Assembly (NCBI GenBank): GCA_002366725.1
Contig: DFBT01000095.1
Coordinates: forward strand, 4,910-68,909
Direction: 5' to 3'
DNA: 64,000 bases
From: a candidate division WOR-3 bacterium UBA3073
GTDB lineage: Bacteria; Hydrothermota; UBA3073
Part shown: positions 52,397 to 59,965 of the stretch, piece by piece
Position numbering within the stretch: position 1 is the first letter of the stretch
How the letters are laid out: each line of letters begins with the position of its first letter
The notes under the pieces: model-generated
What the model was told of the DNA's origin: nothing
The model's database searches: none
What the model saw: the letters and a program-made list of their open reading frames with translations, nothing else
Position numbers and translations under genes: made by a program

Positions 52397-52725
52397 CGAT
52401 ATGTAGAAAAGTATGTTTAAATCTGCCCTGCGTGTCTCTTGTGGGGTATGCAAGTTGAGAAATGGGTATGGAGTGCATTACCTTGTCCATATCCATCTTA
52501 AGATCCGTATGGATACGGATCTCATACGAGTCCGCGACCTATGGACGGACTCTGTGAGGTAATGCAAAATAGCGGGGCAAATGTAACGCTAGGCTTCAGC
52601 CTTACCAATGAAGCGATACCGTTTGGAATGAAATGTAGTTTGGTTGGGCGCTGTCTTCGGTGAGCCTTCGGCGAGCTCAGCCGAGCCGCTCAGCCGAACC
52701 GTTTACAGTGCCAATAATTTTTTTC

Positions 52726-52754
52726 TTGACAATGCGCACTTTTTGATGTATAAT
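52726..52754 (+). promoter_or_regulatory. Consensus sigma70 promoter of mazEF (TTGACA-17-TATAAT)
   Basis: Perfect -35/-10 hexamers with 17-nt spacer, 20 nt upstream of AGGAGGTGA RBS. Confidence 0.6.
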
Positions 52755-52774
52755 TTATACAGGAGGTGATAAGC

Positions 52775-52996
52775 ATGAAGAGACTTAATATTACTTTGCC
52801 AGAAGATCTGGCTCAGGAGTTAGAAGCAATCTCCAATAAGAGTCGCTTTATTGCTGAGGCGGTGAAAGAGAGGTTGGAAAGAATCAGGAGAGAAAAACTG
52901 GACAAACTTTTAGTCGAGGGGTATAAAGCAACTTGTAGAGAAGACAGGGAAGTTGATAAAGAGTGGGAGGAGATTACACTTGAATCATGGAAGTGA
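52775..52996 (+). CDS. mazE: MazE/CopG-type ribbon-helix-helix antitoxin
   Basis: 'KRLNITLPEDLAQELE...SRFIAEAVKERLER' RHH; ATG 8 nt after AGGAGG; 10-nt overlap with toxin gene. Confidence 0.7.
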   Translation: MKRLNITLPEDLAQELEAISNKSRFIAEAVKERLERIRREKLDKLLVEGYKATCREDREVDKEWEEITLESWK

Positions 52997-53343
52997 ACTT
53001 TCCAAAAAGAGGAGAAATTTGGCTTGTCTCTTTAGAGCCTGTAGTTGGTACTGAGATAGGTAAAGCAAAACCGGCTATAGTGATCTCAAATGATAGAAAT
53101 AACCAATTTGCAGCTACAGTAACTGTAATTCCCATTACTTCAAAAACAGAGAGGATACATCCGTTTGAAGTCTTCCTCCCTGCAGAAAAGACGGGATTAG
53201 CCAGGGATTCTAAGGCAAAGTGCAATCAGATTCGGACGATTGATAAAAAGAGATTGGTTAAATCGCTGGGAGCATTGTCTTTAAATAAAGTGCGAGAGAC
53301 AGAAAAAGCTCTTCTCATTCATCTTGGTATAAAAGTTAGTTAA
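52987..53343 (+). CDS. mazF: MazF/PemK-family endoribonuclease toxin
   Basis: 'RGEIWLVSLEPVVGTEIGKAKPAIVISND...TVIPITS' PemK/MazF signature; 118 aa. Confidence 0.8.
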   Translation: MEVNFPKRGEIWLVSLEPVVGTEIGKAKPAIVISNDRNNQFAATVTVIPITSKTERIHPFEVFLPAEKTGLARDSKAKCNQIRTIDKKRLVKSLGALSLNKVRETEKALLIHLGIKVS

Positions 53344-53391
53344 GGGGATTACGGGGTCGTTAAAACAAAAATTACATTTTTATTTCTTTTC

Positions 53392-53490
53392 TTGACTTTT
53401 TATGAAATTGACTGTATAATATAGAAAGAGGATAGTTGGCAGCAAGAAGCTGAAATTTAAAATTAAAGACCTGACCCCATTTACCAACTG
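53392..53490 (+). promoter_or_regulatory. Promoter (TTGACT-17-TATAAT) plus ~65-nt conserved leader, copy 1 (upstream of AlbA_2 gene)
   Basis: Leader 'agaaagaggatagttggcagcaagaagctgaaatttaaaattaaagacctgacccca' about 90% identical to 55271-55335. Confidence 0.55.
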
Positions 53491-53531
53491 GAGGAGGGGA
53501 ACGCCAGATTAACGAAGGAGATTTTTGGTTA

Positions 53532-55022
53532 ATGGCACTACCGTTAAATATCGATAAGTTGATCAACGGTTCAGTTATGGAGTGGGAACGCCTTGAATTC
53601 AAGAAGGGATGGAATCCTGAAGATGTTATTCACGCCATTTGTGCGTTTGCCAACGATATCCATAACTGGGGCGGTGGGTATGTCATTCTGGGAGTTGAGG
53701 AAAGGAATGGCAGACCTGTTTTACCACCAAGTGGGTTAGAGCCCAATCAACTGGATAAAATTCAAAATGAACTCATTGGTCTTTTTCATAAACTGGACCC
53801 CTACTATTTGCCGGTGGTTCAACCAGAGATTTATCAGGATAAACATATTTTGATCCTCTGGGTATATGGCGGCGATGAGCGTCCCTATAAAGCACCGATG
53901 TCACTTGGTGATAGAAGCTCTAAAGCAATTTACATCAGACGAGGTTCTCAAACATGCAAAGCCAATCAAACAGAAGAACGACAACTGCGGGAAATCGCTG
54001 TCAGAATTCCTTTTGATGATAGAATAAATCATCACGCAGATGTTAAAGATTTAAATCTTGCCAATATTCAGGCGTTTCTGAAAGAGGTAGAGAGCGATTT
54101 ATATGAAGAGTCAACACAAATTCCTTTTACCGAATTGTGTGAACAAATGAAGATTGTCCAAGGGCCAACAGAATATTTGAGACCGGTTAATATTGGCTTG
54201 CTGATGTTCAGCGATCATCCTGAAGAATACTTTGTTGGGGCAGGAATCGATGTAGTGATCTACCAAGATGAAATCGGCGACCATTTTACAGAAAAAACCT
54301 TCACAGGACCGATTCACCAGCAATTGCGCGATGCATTGCATTATGTAAAGACAACCGTCATTAGAGAGGAAGTTCAAAAGGTTCCTGGACAGGCAGAAGT
54401 GTTGCGATTTTACAATTATCCCTACGAAGCCGTAGAAGAAGCACTTGCTAATGCCGTATACCACCGCGGTTATGAACATCAGAATCGAATTGAAGTAAAT
54501 GTTCGTCTGGATTGCATAGAAATTTTGAGTTATCCCGGTCCCCTCCCCCCGGTGGACGCCAAAGCACTGAAAAAGAGACGAATCGTAGCACGGAATTACC
54601 GAAATCGGCGTATCGGCGATTTTTTGAAGGAACTGGACCTGACGGAAGGCAGGGCTACTGGCTTCCCAAAAATCTATAAGGCAATGGGAGTCAACCGCTC
54701 ACCGCCGCCGGAGTTTACTACCGACTCGGACAGAAACTATTTCTTGACCGTTTTGAAGAAACATCCGTTGTCCCAAGTAGTGTCCCAAGAGCTGTCCCAA
54801 GTTGAAGAAGGATTAAGTGAACAAGCTATAAAGATTCTTGGGTTCTGTAGGATAGCAAGGAAAAGACAGGAGATACTGGTCTATATTGGTTTGTCAAATC
54901 ATCCTGATAACTACAAACGCCATATTAAACCTCTTATAGAAAGTGGTAAATTGGAGCTGACGATACCTGACAAACCAAAACATCGAAATCAGAAGTATCG
55001 AACACGAAAGAGGAACATATAA
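53532..55022 (+). CDS. AlbA_2 (Schlafen-like divergent AAA_4) + HATPase_c_4 + C-terminal wHTH putative nucleic-acid-binding regulator
   Basis: N-term '[41 protein letters not shown]' AlbA_2 signature; central ATPase-like region; C-terminal HTH; 496 aa. Confidence 0.7.
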   Translation: MALPLNIDKLINGSVMEWERLEFKKGWNPEDVIHAICAFANDIHNWGGGYVILGVEERNGRPVLPPSGLEPNQLDKIQNELIGLFHKLDPYYLPVVQPEIYQDKHILILWVYGGDERPYKAPMSLGDRSSKAIYIRRGSQTCKANQTEERQLREIAVRIPFDDRINHHADVKDLNLANIQAFLKEVESDLYEESTQIPFTELCEQMKIVQGPTEYLRPVNIGLLMFSDHPEEYFVGAGIDVVIYQDEIGDHFTEKTFTGPIHQQLRDALHYVKTTVIREEVQKVPGQAEVLRFYNYPYEAVEEALANAVYHRGYEHQNRIEVNVRLDCIEILSYPGPLPPVDAKALKKRRIVARNYRNRRIGDFLKELDLTEGRATGFPKIYKAMGVNRSPPPEFTTDSDRNYFLTVLKKHPLSQVVSQELSQVEEGLSEQAIKILGFCRIARKRQEILVYIGLSNHPDNYKRHIKPLIESGKLELTIPDKPKHRNQKYRTRKRNI

Positions 55023-55026
55023 GAAA

Positions 55027-55070
55027 ACGTATAAGAATGCGTATAAGAATGCGTATAAGAAAGCGATATA
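55027..55070. repeat. 12-bp tandem (GCGTATAAGAAT)x~3.5
   Basis: Immediately after AlbA_2 gene stop. Confidence 0.8.
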
Positions 55071-55240
55071 AAAAATGAACCTAAAATATGGACACTATCC
55101 ACGATACAACACCTATAAGGATTCTGGCATTGAGTGGCTGGGGGAGATTCCGGCGCATTAGGAGATAGAAAGATTGAAAAATTTATTAGTCCAAACAAAA
55201 GAAATAGTGTCAGTTCTGCGTAACGCCCGTTGACTTTTCC

Positions 55241-55335
55241 CTTGATATCTTATGAAATAAGTTGTATAATACAGAAAGAGGGTGCTTGGCTGTAAGAAGC
55301 TGAAATTTAAAATTAAAGACCCGACCCCAATTATC
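55241..55335 (+). promoter_or_regulatory. Promoter-leader element, copy 2 (TTGATA-18-TATAAT + conserved leader)
   Basis: Near-identical to 53392-53490; followed by a start-less ferredoxin-like reading frame. Confidence 0.5.
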
Positions 55336-55351
55336 CTACACTGAAAAATGC

Positions 55352-55497
55352 AAGGGTTGTACAAGATGCGAGAGGGTCTGTCCAACTGGAGCAATAAGTG
55401 GAGAACCCAAGAAGGTCTATAAAATTGACCTTGAAAAATGCACAAAATGCGGATTCTGTAAAGATTCCTGCAAGTTTGATGCGATAAAGGTGGAATA
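55352..55497 (+). pseudogene. 2x[4Fe-4S] ferredoxin-like coding remnant lacking an in-frame start codon
   Basis: Translation 'KCKGCTRCERVCPTGAISGEPKKVYKIDLEKCTKCGFCKDSCKFDAIKVE*' has two CxxCxxCxxxC(P) clusters; the frame opens only after a TAA inside the conserved leader and holds no ATG/GTG/TTG. Confidence 0.5.
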
Positions 55498-55563
55498 AAA
55501 AATTCAAATGACAAAAAATACGCTGTTTTGCCAACTATGTCAACTACTTGATGTTAACAAGGT

Positions 55564-55779
55564 TTGCTAAGGGACGAAGTCAACATATTATGGTTACTTT
55601 TGTTGACTTTGTTGACTTGTTCGAGTATACAAATTGAGACTGTAGAGGATATAAAGAAACAAGACTGGGAGGTTCGTTTTGGTGCAGATAAGGTAAATGG
55701 GCAAATAATGATTATCTATATAGATATTTTTGGCAATGAGAAGAGGGAAGTAAAAAGACTAAAGGATTTTAAAAAGTAG
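55564..55779 (+). CDS. Small hypothetical protein (TTG start; hydrophobic N-terminal segment)
   Basis: 71-aa ORF ending 5 nt before the next gene; 'ILWLLLLTLLTCSS' signal/lipobox-like segment; surrounded by GTTGAC/GTCAAC repeats. Confidence 0.3.
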   Translation: MLRDEVNILWLLLLTLLTCSSIQIETVEDIKKQDWEVRFGADKVNGQIMIIYIDIFGNEKREVKRLKDFKK

Positions 55780-55783
55780 AGAT

Positions 55784-56698
55784 ATGAATAGAAAAAAAAT
55801 TTACAATTTAGAATTCCCAAGTTATTGTGAAAAACTTAATATTGGAGGACATGTTTTTAAGAGGGTTAAAGATTATGAAAAGCAAGTAAAAAGTCTTCAA
55901 CATTTGACCACTGTTCTCTCTGAATACTCAATTAGCGCTAATACCGGATCGCATAATATTACTGCCTTTGTAGAGCTCCCTATTAAAGAGAAGAAAGCGG
56001 TTTTCCCTTGGGATAAAAATAATGCTACAGCATTGAATGACATTTTAGTGCTTTTATCAATTTTTACAGGGCGAGATGTGTTTTTGGATGAACCTTTGGA
56101 CAAGCCATCTGCGATCATTGCAGACCCGCGGAAATACCAATGGGGCGGATCTTTAAGGTGCTCGATACCTTACAAGGAGACAAAGAAAGATCAAGATTTA
56201 GGGTACAACATAGGATTTGAAGAAGGATTAAATAAGATTTATTCACTAATAAGAACTGACCAATGGTTAAAGAAGTATCAAGATGGATACTTTTTGCTTT
56301 TACTTAAGCATGCAGAAAAAAGACAGATTTTAGAGACTGCCTTTGTTTTGCATTGGACAATCTTGGAACATCTTTTCACCTTGCACAACAGAAAGTGGCT
56401 TTCAGATGAACAGATACGGAAGTTACCTTCAGCGGAAAAAATATCTTTTCTTCTTGTTGAATACGCTCTAAGCTCAGAGATTACCAAACCCAATAAAAAA
56501 AGGATTTCAGAGTTAGCAGGAGTCAGAAATAGACTGGTACATTTTGGCAAATTCCTTGATGCCAGGGCTGAGAAAAATGCAGAGCTAGTTATAAGACTTA
56601 CAGAATTTATTGTTGCTAAAATATTAGGCCTTTTGCCTTCAAATGTATTTAATACGATTGAGAGGTTGGAACAGTTTTTCAATAGCAGTTCTAAATAG
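55784..56698 (+). CDS. Hypothetical protein with C-terminal HEPN-like Rx4H motif (candidate Abi/RNase-type defense protein)
   Basis: 304 aa; 'ELAGVRNRLVHFGKF' matches the HEPN Rx4-6H signature; AT-rich, in island. Confidence 0.45.
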   Translation: MNRKKIYNLEFPSYCEKLNIGGHVFKRVKDYEKQVKSLQHLTTVLSEYSISANTGSHNITAFVELPIKEKKAVFPWDKNNATALNDILVLLSIFTGRDVFLDEPLDKPSAIIADPRKYQWGGSLRCSIPYKETKKDQDLGYNIGFEEGLNKIYSLIRTDQWLKKYQDGYFLLLLKHAEKRQILETAFVLHWTILEHLFTLHNRKWLSDEQIRKLPSAEKISFLLVEYALSSEITKPNKKRISELAGVRNRLVHFGKFLDARAEKNAELVIRLTEFIVAKILGLLPSNVFNTIERLEQFFNSSSK

Positions 56699-56795
56699 TC
56701 ATGATCGATAAAAAAGTGTTCAAAAATCGAGATCTTGTCCTTAGGGTTTCTCCAAATATTGACCCTGATAACGGCGGGTATTGGAAGGTATTATA

Positions 56796-59700
56796 ATGAA
56801 TTCAGATTTAACATTTATCACTAACGAAAAAGAGAGAACCCTTCTTGAAAGGTTTAAGGTACTTATCAAGGACGCATCTCTGTTTGATGTTCTGGTTGGA
56901 TACTTTTATACAAGTGGTTTTTATGCATTATACAAATCATTAGAGTCCACAGAAAAAATCAGGATTCTAATAGGGATGGGGACAGGTAAAGAAACTATAA
57001 GACTTATTCAAAAGGCAAAAGGCGAAGAGCAATTAACCCTCCAATTCTCACATGCTGTGGTGAAACAAGAGTTTGGAAACTCTGTTACGGAAGAGATGGA
57101 ACAATCAGAGGATAGCGCTAATGTTGAAGAGGGAGTTTTCAAATTTATTGAATGGCTAAAAAATGGGAAACTAAAAATAAGAGCCTATCCCAGCAGGGAC
57201 ATTCATGCAAAGCTCTATATTATGACCTTCACAGAAGGCGATAGAGATACAGGGAGGGTTATCACTGGTTCAAGTAACTTTACCCGGGCTGGGCTTATAG
57301 ATAATTTGGAGTTTAATGTAGAACTAAAGAACAGATCTGATTATGAATTCGCTCTTGAGAAGTTTAATGAACTCTGGGAGAACTCTGTTGATATATCCGA
57401 CAAATATGTTGAAACCATTAATTCCAGGACCTGGCTGAACAATACAATAACCCCTTACGAGTTGTATCTAAAGTATCTATACGAATATTTGAGAGAGAAA
57501 ATAAATATTGATCAGGAGAAGGTAATTGGTCGTTATCGTCCGCGTGATTTTATGGACCTGGAGTATCAAAGGGAAGCAGTACAAGATACCAAGAGTAAGT
57601 TAAAAGAATACGGCGGTGTATTTCTATCAGATGTAGTGGGTCTGGGAAAGACCTATATTTCCGCCATGCTCGCACAAGAATTGAGCGGGCGCAATCTAAT
57701 CATTTGCCCACCCGTGCTAAAGGAATACTGGCAGGATACTTTTACTGGTTTCAATCTTCAAGCCACTGTAGAATCCTTGGGTAAATTGGATCAACTTGCC
57801 AAAAAAGGCACTGAAGACTATGAGAATATCTTTATTGACGAGGCACATCGTTTTCGCAATGAATCCAACCAGACATACGAGAAATTAAAAGAAATCTGCT
57901 GGGGCAAAAAGATTATTCTGGTATCAGCCACTCCTCAAAATAACACTCCAATAGACCTTCTAAGTCAGATAAAGTTATTCCAGAAGGGGCACAAAAGCAC
58001 CATCCCTGGTTTACAGGACATAGAAAGATATTTTAACTCGCTACAGAAAAAATTAAAGGGTATAGATCGCCAATCTGATTTTGCGAAATATATCTCTATA
58101 ATCAAAGAGAATTCTAAAGCAATTAGAGAAAATGTTCTAAAAGATTTAATGGTTAGAAGAACCAGAGGTGATGTAGAAAAATATTTTTCACAGGACTTGA
58201 AAAATGAGAAACTGAAATTTCCAACAATTAGAGACCCTGAGAAAGTATATTACGAGTTTGACGAAGAAACAGACCGCACCTTTAACAAAACTATAGAAAA
58301 GATAAAAGGATTTCAATATTTTCGCTATACGCCGATATTGTATCTTAAAAATCCCAAGCCAGAAGAAAAAGAGGAATTGGTTGGACAGCGCAACTTAAGA
58401 CGCTTTATGAAAATTCTTTTGGTAAAACGTCTTGAAAGCAGTTTTTTTGCCTTCAAGAAAACCTTAAATAGATTTATCTCTTCATACGAAAGGTTTATTA
58501 AGATGTTTGAAGGTGGGACAGTTTATATAAGCAAAAAGTATACACATAGAATATTTGAACTTCTTAATAACGATGATGAAGATGAAATAATGAGATTGGT
58601 AGAAGAAGAAAAAATAAGGCAGTATAAAATTGATGAATTTAAGGATGGTTATGTTGACAATTTAAGGCGTGATTTAAGGGTTCTTAGAGAGATAGAATCT
58701 CTGTGGAAGAACATAACAGCAGACCCTAAAATTGAGAAATTTAAGGAAATATTGGAAAGCGACAAAATATTAAAAGGAAAAAAGATTATTGTATTCACGG
58801 AATCAAGAGAAACCGCAGAATATCTGGAACAGAATTTGAAGAGTACATATAAAGACGCTGTGATGTCTTATTCCAGTCAATCAAGTGCTCGTATTCAAGA
58901 TAAAGTAATTGAAAACTACGACCCAAAGTGTAAATATCCAAAAGATGATATAAGTCTCTTGATTTCTACTGAGATTCTCTCTGAAGGTGTTAATCTACAC
59001 CGTTCTAATGTGGTTGTGAATTATGACCTTCCCTGGAACCCAACCCGAGTAATACAAAGGGTAGGTCGTATAAATAGAGTGGATACTACATTTAATGATA
59101 TTTATATCTACAATTTTTTCCCAACAAAGCAATCAAATGATGTGATGAAATTAGAAGAAGCTGCTATCGGAAAGCTTCAGTCATTTCACGATATGTTAGG
59201 AGAGGATGCGGCTTATCTGACTGATGGTGAGGAAGTTGGTTCCCACGAGCTATTTAATAGGGTGAATTCTAAAAGGGTTATTGGGGGTGAAGATGAGGAG
59301 TTAGGGGACTCAGAACTTGAGTATTTGATGGAAATCAGGGCTGTTCGCGACAAGAATCCAGATTTATTTGAAAAAATTAAATATTTACCTAAAAAGGCAC
59401 GAAGCGCCAAAAAATATCCAGTAGAAGAAGATGCGGTTTTGACTTTCTTTAGAAAGGGTAGTTTGAGAAAGGTATTCATAACCGACAGTAAGTCAACAAG
59501 GGAATTAGATTTTTTCCTGACAGCCAATATCTTAAAATCAGTACCAGAAGAAAAAAGAGAAAAACCCGGTAAAAAATTCTATGGTTATCTTGATAACAAC
59601 AAAGAAGAATTTAGGCTGGCTACACTTGAAGAAATTATAGAACCCAAACAAAAAGGCGGCAGAAGCAGTGAGGCAAAACTAAAGGGTATAATCAAGGCAA

Positions 59701-59963
59701 TCCAAAAAACAAAGGGTTTTACAGAAGATGATGATAAGTATCTCAAAAAAGTGCTCAATCTTTTAGAAGAAGGGATCCTGCCAAAGCAAACCAGTAAAAC
59801 CATAATGAAAAACATTGGAAAAGAGATGAACCCCTTGAAAATACTTAGCATAATAAGAAAACATACTCCGGATAGCCTTTTTGCAGTTCCAGTAACAGAT
59901 AGAACCAGTCATACTTCTGGGCCGAGAGAGGTAATTCTTTCGGAATATTTAATTGGTGAATAG
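56796..59963 (+). CDS. PLD-family nuclease domain fused to SNF2-family (SF2) helicase
   Basis: N-term 'DIHAKLYIMTF...GRVITGSSNFT' (HxK...GSxN); helicase motifs 'VVGLGKTYIS' (I), 'IFIDEAHRFRN' (II, DEAH), 'LVSATPQNN' (III), 'QRVGRINR' (VI); start at ATG 56796 after GGAAGG. Confidence 0.8.
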   Translation: MNSDLTFITNEKERTLLERFKVLIKDASLFDVLVGYFYTSGFYALYKSLESTEKIRILIGMGTGKETIRLIQKAKGEEQLTLQFSHAVVKQEFGNSVTEEMEQSEDSANVEEGVFKFIEWLKNGKLKIRAYPSRDIHAKLYIMTFTEGDRDTGRVITGSSNFTRAGLIDNLEFNVELKNRSDYEFALEKFNELWENSVDISDKYVETINSRTWLNNTITPYELYLKYLYEYLREKINIDQEKVIGRYRPRDFMDLEYQREAVQDTKSKLKEYGGVFLSDVVGLGKTYISAMLAQELSGRNLIICPPVLKEYWQDTFTGFNLQATVESLGKLDQLAKKGTEDYENIFIDEAHRFRNESNQTYEKLKEICWGKKIILVSATPQNNTPIDLLSQIKLFQKGHKSTIPGLQDIERYFNSLQKKLKGIDRQSDFAKYISIIKENSKAIRENVLKDLMVRRTRGDVEKYFSQDLKNEKLKFPTIRDPEKVYYEFDEETDRTFNKTIEKIKGFQYFRYTPILYLKNPKPEEKEELVGQRNLRRFMKILLVKRLESSFFAFKKTLNRFISSYERFIKMFEGGTVYISKKYTHRIFELLNNDDEDEIMRLVEEEKIRQYKIDEFKDGYVDNLRRDLRVLREIESLWKNITADPKIEKFKEILESDKILKGKKIIVFTESRETAEYLEQNLKSTYKDAVMSYSSQSSARIQDKVIENYDPKCKYPKDDISLLISTEILSEGVNLHRSNVVVNYDLPWNPTRVIQRVGRINRVDTTFNDIYIYNFFPTKQSNDVMKLEEAAIGKLQSFHDMLGEDAAYLTDGEEVGSHELFNRVNSKRVIGGEDEELGDSELEYLMEIRAVRDKNPDLFEKIKYLPKKARSAKKYPVEEDAVLTFFRKGSLRKVFITDSKSTRELDFFLTANILKSVPEEKREKPGKKFYGYLDNNKEEFRLATLEEIIEPKQKGGRSSEAKLKGIIKAIQKTKGFTEDDDKYLKKVLNLLEEGILPKQTSKTIMKNIGKEMNPLKILSIIRKHTPDSLFAVPVTDRTSHTSGPREVILSEYLIGE

Positions 59964-59965
59964 CT

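Noticed and set aside
56796-59963. Interpreting the PLD-SNF2 protein as a Mokosh-type (helicase + PLD) system
   Set aside because: Mokosh uses an SF1 Upf1/Mov10-like RNA helicase. Here the helicase has clear SNF2/SF2 motifs (DEAH, QRxGRxxR) and is operonic with an m6A MTase, which fits a DISARM/BREX/RM-like logic instead.
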